Notes: a model not told the origin generated them from the letters alone. Positions 18,779 to 29,330 are shown, counted from the stretch's first letter. The stretch is 64,000 nucleotides of DNA from Candidatus Altiarchaeales archaeon (GCA_014727915.1 WJMO01000005.1:320001-384000); one strand, 5' to 3'. Numbers and translations: made by a program.

Positions 18779-19705
18779 ATGAGGTCCGTGCTGTTCATCC
18801 TGGCTCTGGTGTTGTCTTCCGCTTGCATCGCTGGGAAGTCCTGTGAGAACCCCTACACCCTCGTATACGGGGATTGCTGCCTGGACGAGGACTCAGACGG
18901 CATATGCGACAGTGACAAGCCGGTATGCAACCCCCCTTACATGTTGAAGGGCGTGGATTGCTGCCTGGACGAGGACTCAGACGGCATATGCGACAGTGAC
19001 AAGACCCCCACCACCACGAATTCTGAGGCTACCGCATCCACCCAGGCCACGACCACGTCTTCCACCCAGGCTACCACCACCTCCCTGCCAGCCGAGTGCG
19101 AGTGCGTTAACGTGTCCGAGTGCACATCCTACTCTGACATCGCATGCGACGACAGGGGCAGGGCTGTGACAGTCCATTATACTCCTATCATATGCTCCGA
19201 CGGCGAGTGCGTCTACAGGAGCAGCCAGGAGATAAGCAGGTACTCATGCGGTTACTGGGAGCGTTGCGTTGACGGTCTTGGATGCGTCCCGGAAGAGAAC
19301 GTCTCATCCTACACTACCACTACATTGAAGTACACCTACAGCTTCGAGGGCATAGTGGACCGGGTCAGCGAGAAGGCGTCCATGACCACCACTACCACCA
19401 CCCTGGCGGAGATGGACTGCTTTGACGATGACGGCGGCAGGAGATACGGCTCCAGGAGCGTCAACGTCTCCGGATACTATTATGACAATAAGACGGCGGT
19501 CTACTCCATCTCCGAGCATTGTATCGGATCGGACGTCATCGAATACTACTGTGAATCCGGGGTTTTGGAGAGCATTAGGCACACTTGCGCCGGGGAGTGC
19601 GTTGATGGCAGGTGCTGCGGGAAGCCGACTGACACGTGCACTGGAGACAGGGACTGCTGCAGCGGCCAGTGCAAGTCCAGGGGCATACTCAAATACTGCC
19701 TCTGA
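18779..19705 (+). CDS. Cys-rich lipoprotein with CCLDEDSDGICD repeats, Thr stalks and a CxDxDGG domain
   Basis: Lipobox LSSAC; 49-bp exact repeat at 18871 and 18955. Confidence 0.85.
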   Translation: MRSVLFILALVLSSACIAGKSCENPYTLVYGDCCLDEDSDGICDSDKPVCNPPYMLKGVDCCLDEDSDGICDSDKTPTTTNSEATASTQATTTSSTQATTTSLPAECECVNVSECTSYSDIACDDRGRAVTVHYTPIICSDGECVYRSSQEISRYSCGYWERCVDGLGCVPEENVSSYTTTTLKYTYSFEGIVDRVSEKASMTTTTTTLAEMDCFDDDGGRRYGSRSVNVSGYYYDNKTAVYSISEHCIGSDVIEYYCESGVLESIRHTCAGECVDGRCCGKPTDTCTGDRDCCSGQCKSRGILKYCL

Positions 19706-19735
19706 TCCCCTCTTTTAAAGATGGGGGATTAATGA

Positions 19736-20245
19736 TTGAATGGGTCAGTTAAACAGTATTTGGTGGTCAGATTGGTCGGAAACGAGACAACTCACAGGAC
19801 TGTGGGCGAAGTCAATCTCAACAAGGTCGTTCTGGTATCCTCTCAGACGTCGATATTCGACGCTTGCAAGCACATGGCCGAGAAGAACGTTGACAGCGTA
19901 TTGGTCGTGGACAAGTCCGGCGACGGCGCCAAGCCCGAGTTCCTCGTCAGGCCGCTTATAAAGGGCATCCTAACCTCCAAGGACATAGTCTTGAAGGTCA
20001 TCTCCCAGGACGTGGACCTGAAGAAGACGCCGGTGTCGTCTGTCATGACCTCCCCGGTCCGCACAATAGAGTCGGACGCCTCACTCTACAAGGTGGCGTC
20101 CTTCATGAACAAGAACGACTTCCGTCAGATGCCTGTCGTGTCCCCCGAGGAGATCAGGGGCATGGCCACCTCCTCCAGGGTTAACATGGTCATCTTGGAG
20201 AGCATAATAACGGACATCAAGCTGATGGCATCCCTATTCAGGTGA
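19736..20245 (+). CDS. CBS-domain pair protein
   Basis: SVLVVD...GILTSKDIV, VSSVMTSPV, RQMPVV. Confidence 0.85.
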   Translation: MNGSVKQYLVVRLVGNETTHRTVGEVNLNKVVLVSSQTSIFDACKHMAEKNVDSVLVVDKSGDGAKPEFLVRPLIKGILTSKDIVLKVISQDVDLKKTPVSSVMTSPVRTIESDASLYKVASFMNKNDFRQMPVVSPEEIRGMATSSRVNMVILESIITDIKLMASLFR

Positions 20246-20256
20246 GGGGGGGGGTT

Positions 20257-20889
20257 CTAGCATCTCTTCACGTAGGCTTCCCTGACCAGTATCTTGGCTT
20301 CCATGGGCTCTTCACAGTATGGGTTGCAGGTCAGCTGGTATTCGCCCGCCTCTTCCGCGTAGAATATGAGCTCGTAGCTCTCCCCGGACTGCAGTGTTAT
20401 GGACTTGTTAGTGTAGGTCTCCCTTATGCGGTGCAGGCCTTTGACGTTGGTTATGTTGGCTATCACCGTGTCACCTACGAAGACCTCTATCTCGTCAGGC
20501 CTGAACTCCTGCCCTTTGATCCTCATGTGGAACTGCCTGGCCTGGGGGGTGTAGTCCTTTACAGGTATGGTCACGCAGGTGGTGCTGGTGGATGAGGTGG
20601 TCGTCGTTGGGGTGTCGCATACCCACTGGACGCATTCACAACCCTCCTTGGGGGCATGCACCCACTGGGTGCCATCGTCGATCGTGGTCGTCGTGGTCTC
20701 CTTGACTGTCATGGTGGTGGCTTCGGGCTTTGGTGTCGTGGTGGTTGTTTTGACTGTGTCATGGGTTGTCGATGTGGGCTTGGTTGATGTTGTTGCCGTG
20801 TTGGTCGTGTCGGGGGTCAGGCACCCTGATGCCAGAAGGAGCGCAATGAAACATGTCATCGCATGCCATGGTTTCATCGTTTTATCCAT
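20257..20889 (-). CDS. Lipoprotein with Thr stalk and C-terminal cupredoxin-like domain
   Basis: LASGC lipobox; FRPDEIEVFVGDTV...GLH...GEYQLTCNPYC...M. Confidence 0.8.
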   Translation of the reverse strand: MDKTMKPWHAMTCFIALLLASGCLTPDTTNTATTSTKPTSTTHDTVKTTTTTPKPEATTMTVKETTTTTIDDGTQWVHAPKEGCECVQWVCDTPTTTTSSTSTTCVTIPVKDYTPQARQFHMRIKGQEFRPDEIEVFVGDTVIANITNVKGLHRIRETYTNKSITLQSGESYELIFYAEEAGEYQLTCNPYCEEPMEAKILVREAYVKRC

Positions 20890-20932
20890 TGGGTTAGGTG
20901 TTTATATACCTTCTTGGACATATTCATAGGTT

Positions 20933-21280
20933 ATGCCTGACTGTTCTGGATGCACCGCATGCTGCAGGCATGTTTCCATCGAAGTGGACGAGCCTGACAC
21001 ATATGAGGAGCTGGACGAGTACCTTTGGCTTGTTTTGCACGAGGGTGTTGACGTCTACATTGACGACGGCGACTGGTATGTGGAGTTCAAGACAAAGTGC
21101 ACTGCCTTAGCTGATGACGGCAGGTGCACCCGCTACGAGGGCCGGCCGCTGCTATGCCGCAACTACGACCCCAAGGACTGTCTCAAGCATGGGGAGGAAG
21201 CATGGTACGACCATTATTTCACGACTCCCGAGGAGCTGAAGGCATACTGGGAGAAGGCGAAGAGAGCAGAGAGCCAATAG
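20933..21280 (+). CDS. YkgJ/FliB family cysteine-cluster protein
   Basis: CSGCTACC...CTAL...CTRYEGRPLLCRNY. Confidence 0.9.
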   Translation: MPDCSGCTACCRHVSIEVDEPDTYEELDEYLWLVLHEGVDVYIDDGDWYVEFKTKCTALADDGRCTRYEGRPLLCRNYDPKDCLKHGEEAWYDHYFTTPEELKAYWEKAKRAESQ

Positions 21281-21382
21281 TATATCCCATATTATTTTGA
21301 AAAAAGCCATTTTTTTATGAATAATTAATATATGTCATGCTCTGCTGTCTTTTAATCTCCTATTCCATATTTCCTATCTCAA

Positions 21383-23785
21383 ATGGCTGGGAAGAAGAAA
21401 TACGACCCCCGAGAGGCCGAGCCAAGGTGGCAGAGGCTGTGGGAGGAGGACCAGGTCTACAGATTCGACCCGGATGCGGGGGGTGCGGTCTACAGCGTGG
21501 ACACGCCTCCGCCGACGGTATCCGGGAAGATGCACCTTGGGCATGCGTTCAGCTACAGCCAGCAGGACTTCATCGTCCGCTACAAGCGGATGCGAGGCTA
21601 TAACATCTTCTACCCGTTCGGCACCGACGACAACGGCATACCAACGGAGCGGCTGGTTGAGAAGATGAAGAAGGTCCGCGCCCGGGACATGGAACGTCAG
21701 GACTTCATCAAGCTCTGCCTCAGGACCTTGGAGGAGGAGCTAAGGCCAAAGTACATAGAGGACTGGAAGCGCATCGGCATGAGCTGCGACTGGAACGTCT
21801 TCTACACGACCATCAACGAGCACTGCCAGAGGATAAGCCAGAAGTCCTTCATCGACCTGTACGGGATGGGCCGGGAGTACCGGAAGGACGCGCCCACCAT
21901 GTGGTGTCCCGAGTGCCAGACGGGCATAAGCCAGGTTGAGTGCGAGGACAAGGAGTTGGAGTCATCGTTCAACGACATCATATTCAAGGTGGACGGCGAG
22001 GACCTTGTGATAGCCACCACGAGGCCCGAGCTATTGCCCGCCTGCGTGGCTGTATTCTACCACCCCGACGACGAACGCTACAAGAAGCACGAGGGCAGGG
22101 AGGCTAAGGTCCCATTGTTCGACATCAACGTCCCCATCCTCCCCGACCCCCGGGCTGACCCTGAGAAGGGGACGGGCATCGTCATGTGCTGCACATTCGG
22201 CGATCAGACGGACATGGAATGGCAGAAGGCCCACGAACTCCCCATCAAGGTCGCTATCTCCCCGGATGGCAGGATGACCGGCCAGGCCGAGAGATACGAG
22301 GGTTTGAAGGTCAAAGAGGCGAGGGAGAGGATAATAGGGGACTTGAAGGAGGCGGGGCTGCTGGTGAAGCAGGAGAAGATCCTCCACCCAGTCAACGTCC
22401 ACGAGCGCTGCGGCACGGAGATCGAGTACCTGAAGAGCAAGCAGTGGTTCATAAGGTACCTGGACTTGAAGGACGAGATGCTCGAGTGGGGTTACCAGCT
22501 GAACTGGCACCCGGAGCACATGAGGCACCGATTCGACCACTGGGTGAAGGGCCTCCAGTGGGACTGGCTCATATCCAGGCAGCGGTACTTTGGCGTTCCC
22601 TTCCCTGTGTGGTATTGCAGCGAATGCGAGGCCGAGGTATTGGCCAGGGCGGAGGACCTCCCGGTTGACCCGCTGGTTGACAACCCCCCCGTTGACAAGT
22701 GCCCCAACTGCGGTTGCAAGGAGTTCACGCCCGAGGAGGATGTGTTGGACACGTGGGCCACCTCATCCCTGACGCCCCATCTATCCGCCGACCTCTACAA
22801 GGACCATCCAATCTACGAAAAAATCTATCCTATGAGCCTCAGGCCCCAGGCCCATGACATCATCACCTTCTGGCTGTTCAACACGGTGGTTAAGAGTCGC
22901 ATGCATGATAGGGTGAACCCGTGGGCTGACGTGGTCATCTCAGGCCACGCCCAGGACCCCCACGGCCGGAAGATGAGCAAATCCAAGGGGAATGTCATCG
23001 AGCCCCAGGAGATGCTCGAGAAGTACAGCGCGGATTCGCTGAGGTTCTGGGCTGCCGGTTGCAAGCTCGGCGACGACCTCCCCTTCAGCGAGAAGGACCT
23101 TGTCACAGGGGAGAAGTTCATCACCAAGATATGGAATGCGTCACGGTTCGTGTTCATGCACCTGGAGGACTACGACGGCAAAGACGTCGAATTGGAGGAT
23201 GTTGACAGGTGGTTGTTGACCAAGCTGTCGAAGATAATAGCGGCTTCCACGGAGTCGTTCGACAAGTACGAGTACAGCCGGACGAAATCGGAGGTTGAGA
23301 AGTTCTTCTGGCAGACCTTCTGCGACTACTACCTCGAGATCGTGAAGCAGCGCCTTTACAAGCCCGAATTGCGCGGTGAAGAGTCCCGGAGGGCCGCCCA
23401 GCATGTCCTATATCACGCTCTTCTGGCTGTTGTGAAGATGATGGCTCCCATCATGCCCCACATAACCGAGGAGATATACCAGACATACTACCGGGAGTTG
23501 GAGGGGAGCAAGTCAGTCCATGTAAGCGCATGGCCTGATGAGGGGTTGGTCGATGAGGAGGCCGAGAGGAAGGGCGACCTGCTGGTAGAGGCTGTCGCGC
23601 TCATCCGCAAGGTCAAGTCCGACAACCAGCTGAGCCTTGGCAAGGAGGTGGAGAAGGCGAAGATAACCGGGTCCAAGGACCAGTTGGACATGCTGAAACC
23701 CCTGGAAGCGGATGTTAAAGGAACGGGGAAGATAGGCCTGTTGGAATATGAGGTTGGAGACGGGTTGAGTGTTTCCTTGTCCTAG
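21383..23785 (+). CDS. valS: Valine--tRNA ligase (archaeal type)
   Basis: DTPPPTVSGKMHLGH, ATTRPEL, GTGIVMCCTFGD, WLISRQR, KMSKSKGN. Confidence 0.97.
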   Translation: MAGKKKYDPREAEPRWQRLWEEDQVYRFDPDAGGAVYSVDTPPPTVSGKMHLGHAFSYSQQDFIVRYKRMRGYNIFYPFGTDDNGIPTERLVEKMKKVRARDMERQDFIKLCLRTLEEELRPKYIEDWKRIGMSCDWNVFYTTINEHCQRISQKSFIDLYGMGREYRKDAPTMWCPECQTGISQVECEDKELESSFNDIIFKVDGEDLVIATTRPELLPACVAVFYHPDDERYKKHEGREAKVPLFDINVPILPDPRADPEKGTGIVMCCTFGDQTDMEWQKAHELPIKVAISPDGRMTGQAERYEGLKVKEARERIIGDLKEAGLLVKQEKILHPVNVHERCGTEIEYLKSKQWFIRYLDLKDEMLEWGYQLNWHPEHMRHRFDHWVKGLQWDWLISRQRYFGVPFPVWYCSECEAEVLARAEDLPVDPLVDNPPVDKCPNCGCKEFTPEEDVLDTWATSSLTPHLSADLYKDHPIYEKIYPMSLRPQAHDIITFWLFNTVVKSRMHDRVNPWADVVISGHAQDPHGRKMSKSKGNVIEPQEMLEKYSADSLRFWAAGCKLGDDLPFSEKDLVTGEKFITKIWNASRFVFMHLEDYDGKDVELEDVDRWLLTKLSKIIAASTESFDKYEYSRTKSEVEKFFWQTFCDYYLEIVKQRLYKPELRGEESRRAAQHVLYHALLAVVKMMAPIMPHITEEIYQTYYRELEGSKSVHVSAWPDEGLVDEEAERKGDLLVEAVALIRKVKSDNQLSLGKEVEKAKITGSKDQLDMLKPLEADVKGTGKIGLLEYEVGDGLSVSLS

Positions 23786-23786
23786 C

Positions 23787-24311
23787 TTATGCCTTTGTTT
23801 TCACATATACCATTACTGTCTCTCCTTTTGTGTTTTTCCCCGGTTCTAGCGTCATGTCCGCTTCGTTTGTGCTGTGGACTCCCCCGTCCTGGACCTGTTT
23901 CACCTTCATGTCCGCTGCTATCGCCTGCCCTATCTGTTTCCTGGCCTCCGGGTTCAGTGGGTTGGCTGGGTTGAACTGGGTTTTAAGCAGTTCTGTCGGG
24001 TCCTCAACGACGAAACCTACGGCCACACCTATCAGCCCGCGTTCACTACTCTTTTCAGCTACCCTGGGGGATATGAGCTTTGGTTCTGCGGTTCTTTCGT
24101 AGTCTGTTGGGTACATGATCACCACTCCCCTGAGTTCTGGGAACCTGCTTCCCAATTGGTTAACGGTTCCTTGGAGGCTTTCAAATCCCTTCTCTGCAAC
24201 CGCTCTGAATGCCATGACCTCGCCTGTCAGGTTCTTTTCGATTTCAGGTTCTGTTTCCCCGGGGTTGAACCGTGGCATCACACCATCAGTCCCTATCCTC
24301 CTCTTTTTCAT
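23787..24311 (-). CDS. Hypothetical protein
   Basis: Likely start MKKRRIG at 24311, 7 nt after the upstream stop. Confidence 0.65.
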   Translation of the reverse strand: MKKRRIGTDGVMPRFNPGETEPEIEKNLTGEVMAFRAVAEKGFESLQGTVNQLGSRFPELRGVVIMYPTDYERTAEPKLISPRVAEKSSERGLIGVAVGFVVEDPTELLKTQFNPANPLNPEARKQIGQAIAADMKVKQVQDGGVHSTNEADMTLEPGKNTKGETVMVYVKTKA

Positions 24312-24318
24312 GGTCTGT

Positions 24319-25101
24319 TTACACTTTTGGCAGTCTGCCTTTTTTAACAGCAGACGGCCGGACCACACCATACTTCCGCTTTTCTGCGGGTGGCTTCAAT
24401 TCGCCCAACTCCTTGGGTGGTAGATCAGCTGTCATATCGCTGTCTGCCTTGGGTGGTAGATTAGATGTCATATCGATGTCCGAATCCCCAGGTCCCCCTG
24501 TCTGGCTGACCCCGCCTCCAGTCAACATCCTCTTGACCCTCTTAAAAAACCATGTGAATCCCCTTGGCTCTTCACTCTCCCCACCCTGTCTGGGCGTGCC
24601 TTGCAAGCCATGTTTCAGTAGTGAGTCCAGGACTTTCAGTTCTGTTTGTAGGAGATGCTCCCTATCCAGGAGTGCTTGCGACACGCGTTCACCCCCTTCT
24701 TTCACCCTCATGCGTATCTCTCCCTTAGTGAAGTCCTCGTTTATCATTATCCCATGTTGGGTCTCCATGGTCAGCTGTATGCCCTCATCGTTGATCGCGA
24801 CCACACCCCCCCTGTCCCCGCACCTATAGTCGTATTCCCCCGGTTCATATCTCCGCTCAGGGTCGTATTTCTCCCACTTTGGCTGGGGGTGAGCTTCCCC
24901 CCATCTCTTATACTCTTCTCCCATCATACGCTCTACTTCCCCCAGTTCCCTCCCCAGTTCCATGAGTCTTTCAGGGCCTCTTCCACTGGCTATTACCCCC
25001 TGCACCCTAAGCATAATCTCATCGTAAACCTTCTCTTCCGCCCCCAATGCCCTTCTCACTTCAGCTGAAGCATAACCTTTTCTCTCCACAACTTTTCCCA
25101 T
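24319..25101 (-). CDS. Hypothetical protein
   Basis: Likely start MGKVVERK at 25101; the longer ORF-track start overlaps the glmU-like gene. Confidence 0.7.
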   Translation of the reverse strand: MGKVVERKGYASAEVRRALGAEEKVYDEIMLRVQGVIASGRGPERLMELGRELGEVERMMGEEYKRWGEAHPQPKWEKYDPERRYEPGEYDYRCGDRGGVVAINDEGIQLTMETQHGIMINEDFTKGEIRMRVKEGGERVSQALLDREHLLQTELKVLDSLLKHGLQGTPRQGGESEEPRGFTWFFKRVKRMLTGGGVSQTGGPGDSDIDMTSNLPPKADSDMTADLPPKELGELKPPAEKRKYGVVRPSAVKKGRLPKV

Positions 25102-25156
25102 CAATAAATACTGGGATGAATTCTTTTTTATCCTTGTTCTCCGTTGATAATACAAC

Positions 25157-26380
25157 ATGGACGCCGTTGTTCTGGCTGCGGGTGAGGGCACGCGTTTGAG
25201 GCCTTTGACCTCCACTAGGCCCAAGCCCATGCTGCCCGTTGCTGGCAAGCCCATCCTGGAATGGAACCTGGAGGCCCTCGACTGTGTGGGTGTGAAGAAG
25301 GCTGTCATCGTAGTCGGGTACATGCGGGAGGCCATCGAATCCTATTTCGGGAGGAAGTTCCGGAAGGTGAGGCTCGAGTACGTGGAGCAGAAGGAGCAGT
25401 TGGGCACTGCTAACGCCTTGTCGTCTGCCAGGGGCATGGTGAAGGGGGAGTTCATCGTGTTGAACGGCGACCTCTTCATAACCCGGAAGGTTCTTTCATC
25501 GCTCATCGAAGCCCATGGCAGGCACGGGGCAGAGGTGACTATGTCCCTTGTTGAGGTCAGGGAACCCCGTTCGTTCGGGATCGTCGAGGTGAGCCGTGGC
25601 AAGGTCGAGTCACTGGTCGAGAAGCCGAAGCGGCCGAAGAGCAACCTCGCGAACGCTGGCGTGTACATATTCAAAGAAGGCATATTCGAGGTCATTGAGG
25701 GGTTGAAGAAGAGCGTGCGGATGGAATACGAGCTCACAGACGCCATCGGCAGGCTGATCAAAGACGGTGTCGTCTACGGTTGCAGGAACGAGGAGGGCCA
25801 GTGGATAGACGTAGGTTTGCCCTGGAACCTTTTGGACGCGAACGAGATCGTCATGAAGAGCGTTCCGTTGAAGATGAGCAAGAAGGCGACAGTCGAAGAC
25901 TATGCTGTCCTCAAGGGCTCTGTTAACGTCGGCGACGGCACGGTCATAAGGTCGGGCTCGTACATCGAGGGTCCCGTGTACATCGGCAGGGACTGTGTGA
26001 TCGGCCCCAACTGTTACATACGCCCCCACACCGTAATAATGGACGGTTGCAAGGTGGGCAACGCCGTCGAGGTCAAGAACTCCATAATCATGCCGCGAAC
26101 ATGCGTCGGCCACCTGTCATACGTTGGGGATTCAATAATCGGGGAGGGCTGCAACTTCGGCGCGGGCACCAAGGTCGCCAACCTTCGGTTCGACGACGGG
26201 GAAGTGTCCATTGAGGTCAAGCAGAATATGGTAATGTCCGGCCGGCGGAAGTTCGGGGTCCTCATGGGCGACAACGTGAAGACGGGCATAAACGTGTCCA
26301 TAATGCCTGGCCGTTCCATCTACCCGAACGCCTACGTGGACGCCGGCAGCGTGGTGAAGAACACCATATACACGGAATAG
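25157..26380 (+). CDS. glmU: Bifunctional sugar-1-phosphate nucleotidylyltransferase/acetyltransferase (archaeal GlmU-like)
   Basis: LAAGEGTRLRPLT, PKPMLPV, VEKP, hexapeptide repeats, HLSYVGDS, GAGTKVANLRFD. Confidence 0.9.
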   Translation: MDAVVLAAGEGTRLRPLTSTRPKPMLPVAGKPILEWNLEALDCVGVKKAVIVVGYMREAIESYFGRKFRKVRLEYVEQKEQLGTANALSSARGMVKGEFIVLNGDLFITRKVLSSLIEAHGRHGAEVTMSLVEVREPRSFGIVEVSRGKVESLVEKPKRPKSNLANAGVYIFKEGIFEVIEGLKKSVRMEYELTDAIGRLIKDGVVYGCRNEEGQWIDVGLPWNLLDANEIVMKSVPLKMSKKATVEDYAVLKGSVNVGDGTVIRSGSYIEGPVYIGRDCVIGPNCYIRPHTVIMDGCKVGNAVEVKNSIIMPRTCVGHLSYVGDSIIGEGCNFGAGTKVANLRFDDGEVSIEVKQNMVMSGRRKFGVLMGDNVKTGINVSIMPGRSIYPNAYVDAGSVVKNTIYTE

Positions 26381-26416
26381 GACTTATATCCGATTCCTTC
26401 CTCTTCTTTTAATATA

Positions 26417-27748
26417 ATGGCTAAAAAGCATGCTAATCTAAATGTAGGGGCTGGAGGCGGTGAGGAGGGCGTTCCGGTAGCGAGGCTGGAGCAGCCTGCA
26501 GGCCTCAAACTCTCCGAGGAGGATATGATGGGGCGTTATCTCATCTTTTCCGACGAGCCTCGGGAATTGGCGGCGATCGCATCGGGAGATAAGCCTAATC
26601 CCGCGGATAACATCGCGGGTTTCCTGCGTGCCGGCCAGAGGTTCGGGTTCTGTGTCTCCCCCTTCATGGGATATACGCGCGTGGAGCCGGCTTCGCATCC
26701 TGTCGTCTCATCCGCGTGCAGTATGAGGGCTACACTCCCTTCCGAGAACATTTACTCTCTCGGGTCTGTGGGGCCCGACCCCGAAGACCCTTCCAAGACC
26801 CTGGTCTACATAAGCAGGCCTGCGTGGATCCCAGAATACGGCCCTGATGTCGTGGAGGACCGTACCGTGGCCGCTCTTCACGCCTTGGGCGTAGCAAAGG
26901 ATGCTGTCGTCGACTCCCCCCGGAGGAGGATGCTTGATCTTCTGGACGAGGAGGGATGCTTCTCCTGGGTTGTCGACCATAACAATAAGCTTGCGTATGT
27001 GGCTGACATGGAGACTGGCCATCCCGAGATAGTCATGGAACACACGAAGGACGGAAAGCGTTTGGCTGACAACTTCAGGAGGCAGAGGGCGCCGATCGAG
27101 GAGAGGACGGGCAAGTATACCGAGCGGTTCAGCTGGGGTAGCGTCGAGTCCCTGGAGGACGAGGTAAGCGGCGTTGAAGTTGCTTCACTACACGTGCAGT
27201 TCCTAGGGAAGAGCACATATAGCAACCCCTATAAGAGGTGGACCGAGGTCGTGGATGTGCTAACCCGCTCTGGCATGCCTGAACAGGTCAGGCTGGTCCC
27301 TCCAGAACAGCTTAAGTCTCTGAAGGGGGTTTTACCCGGGACGGTGGAGAGGGGGAAGACCCCCAATGGCGTGGGCATCCCCTACTTTCCGCGGGCGGTC
27401 TCGGAAGAAGGCTACCGCTACAGCCAGTTTACCCTCCCGAGCGGCGAACATTATCTGAAGATAGGGGGGCCGCTTCTGCGGCATGACCGCGCGATAACCG
27501 CGATCGACCGTGCGGGAAGCTTCGAGGTCTACAACGACAGCAGCAGCCAGGAGGATGATGGTGTCAAGCGCGGTTCTTTCGTGAACGGCGACTATGACGG
27601 CATCCGTGATGGACCCTCCCATAAGACCAGCAATGGTCCCGTTGGAGGTGGGAGCATGATAGCGAGGGTGCCCGATAAGGACAACCCTGATCTGATTTTG
27701 GGTCGGATTGCCAGGGTTGTTGGCAGGGATTGGAGTAAGATGGACTGA
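26417..27748 (+). CDS. Orphan 443-aa protein, tandem paralog 1
   Basis: Collinear with 27750..29081. Confidence 0.8.
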   Translation: MAKKHANLNVGAGGGEEGVPVARLEQPAGLKLSEEDMMGRYLIFSDEPRELAAIASGDKPNPADNIAGFLRAGQRFGFCVSPFMGYTRVEPASHPVVSSACSMRATLPSENIYSLGSVGPDPEDPSKTLVYISRPAWIPEYGPDVVEDRTVAALHALGVAKDAVVDSPRRRMLDLLDEEGCFSWVVDHNNKLAYVADMETGHPEIVMEHTKDGKRLADNFRRQRAPIEERTGKYTERFSWGSVESLEDEVSGVEVASLHVQFLGKSTYSNPYKRWTEVVDVLTRSGMPEQVRLVPPEQLKSLKGVLPGTVERGKTPNGVGIPYFPRAVSEEGYRYSQFTLPSGEHYLKIGGPLLRHDRAITAIDRAGSFEVYNDSSSQEDDGVKRGSFVNGDYDGIRDGPSHKTSNGPVGGGSMIARVPDKDNPDLILGRIARVVGRDWSKMD

Positions 27749-27749
27749 G

Positions 27750-29081
27750 ATGGGCAAGAAATCTGTTTCAAAGAGTGTGCAGGATAGTGGCGGTGGCGAT
27801 GTCCCGGTCTCGCGGTTGGAGCAGCCGTCTGGCTTGGCGGTTTCAGAGGATGGGCTCCGGATGAAGTACTGGCAGATGGAGGCTGACGAGAGGGTATTGG
27901 CTGATATCGCTTCCGGCAGGATTAACGATCCCTCTGAAGCAGTTCCCGGTCTTCTGGGTCGGGGGAGGATGATGGCGTTCAAGGTCTCTCCCCTCACGGG
28001 CCTGGCTTTGGTGGAGGAGGCGGACTTCCATGTTGTCAGCTCCAGCTTCGGCGGCTCCACCAGGCACGACGATGATAGGGTCTATTCTTTCGGTTGTGTG
28101 GTGCCGGGCGAGTCTGGCAAGCCCGTGATAGACATCTCACGCGCTGGTGTGGTTCCAGAGTATGGATGTGAGGTGTCGGAGCAGAGGACAGTGGATGCAT
28201 TGCATGCCATCGGCGTTCCAGGAGACTCTGGTGTCCGCTCTCCCAGGATTATGATGTCGAGGCTTTTCGAGGATGAGGGCGGCTTCTCCTTTGTCGTCGA
28301 CCATGATGAACGGCTTGTACTGGTTGATGACCTTGAAGCCGGCCATGCCGAGATCATAAGCGACAACGTGCGGGGCGGGGACGCGATCATCTCGGCTTTC
28401 AAGGGATTGGGCGGTGGCCCGCGTGATCGTGAATGCGAGTACACTCGGAGGTTCACCTGGGGTGTGGTCCAGCCGCTATTGGATGATGTAAGCGGCTTGA
28501 CGGTGAATGAGATGCAGTTCGAGCAGATTGCCAGTCATCCGCTGATGGACGGCCAGGCCGTGTACCTCCAGGCATGTTCCCTGCTTTCCGAGGCTGGAAT
28601 GCCTGATGCGATACGTTTGTCCTCCCCTGACAATTGCATTGTGCCCGAAGGCGTTCATGTGAGGAGCGTCCACCGCGGCAGGACACCCCAGGGGGTTGAG
28701 ATACCCTCTTGGACGGGAGTCCTTAGAGAGGGTAGCCACTGGTACACCGGGTTTCGGATACCTTCAGTCGCCGATAAGATAGGGTTGGGTCTGTTGCACC
28801 ATGCCAGGGCTGTGGAGCCCATTTCAGGCGCCGGCGAATTCGAGGTCTACAACGATGATGTGTCCGAGCCTGGCCAGCCAAAGATGGGCGGGTTTCGGAG
28901 GGGCGACTTCCATGGTGTATCGGACGGTGAGTACTGCAAGACGAGCGGGGCTTCCGACGGCGGGTTCATGTATGTGCGGGTCAGGTCAGGGGGGTCTGCT
29001 GGGGGCGTCCCGTCCGAGGTCACGCAGGTATTCAAGGCGATATCAGATGCGTTGAACAGGGATTACAGCAAAAAACCCTGA
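27750..29081 (+). CDS. Orphan 443-aa protein, tandem paralog 2
   Basis: ATG 1 nt after the paralog 1 stop; shared VPV.RLEQP.GL, PEYG, FS.VVDH, G.TP.GV.IP, AG.FEVYND. Confidence 0.8.
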   Translation: MGKKSVSKSVQDSGGGDVPVSRLEQPSGLAVSEDGLRMKYWQMEADERVLADIASGRINDPSEAVPGLLGRGRMMAFKVSPLTGLALVEEADFHVVSSSFGGSTRHDDDRVYSFGCVVPGESGKPVIDISRAGVVPEYGCEVSEQRTVDALHAIGVPGDSGVRSPRIMMSRLFEDEGGFSFVVDHDERLVLVDDLEAGHAEIISDNVRGGDAIISAFKGLGGGPRDRECEYTRRFTWGVVQPLLDDVSGLTVNEMQFEQIASHPLMDGQAVYLQACSLLSEAGMPDAIRLSSPDNCIVPEGVHVRSVHRGRTPQGVEIPSWTGVLREGSHWYTGFRIPSVADKIGLGLLHHARAVEPISGAGEFEVYNDDVSEPGQPKMGGFRRGDFHGVSDGEYCKTSGASDGGFMYVRVRSGGSAGGVPSEVTQVFKAISDALNRDYSKKP

Positions 29082-29085
29082 TGCC

Positions 29086-29283
29086 CTACTTGGCTAGCTT
29101 TATGTCTTCTGCCTTTACGGTGACTCTGCCCGCGTGCCTTGCCAGCTTCGCCGCCCGTTCCGCGACTTCGGTGGCGTATTCCTCTATCACGTCCCTCAAT
29201 GCCGCCGCTGCTTCGTCGCTCACTCGGTCTATGTTGGCCTTCCGGAGTATCCTGGCCATCGGGGCGATCGGTATCTCAGCCAT
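29086..29283 (-). CDS. Archaeal histone (HMf-like)
   Basis: IPIAPMARILR...RVS...HAGRVTVKAEDIKLA. Confidence 0.95.
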   Translation of the reverse strand: MAEIPIAPMARILRKANIDRVSDEAAAALRDVIEEYATEVAERAAKLARHAGRVTVKAEDIKLAK

Positions 29284-29330
29284 GTCATAATTATATTAAC
29301 CTATAATTAATTAAGAGAGGTGATCTTAGG

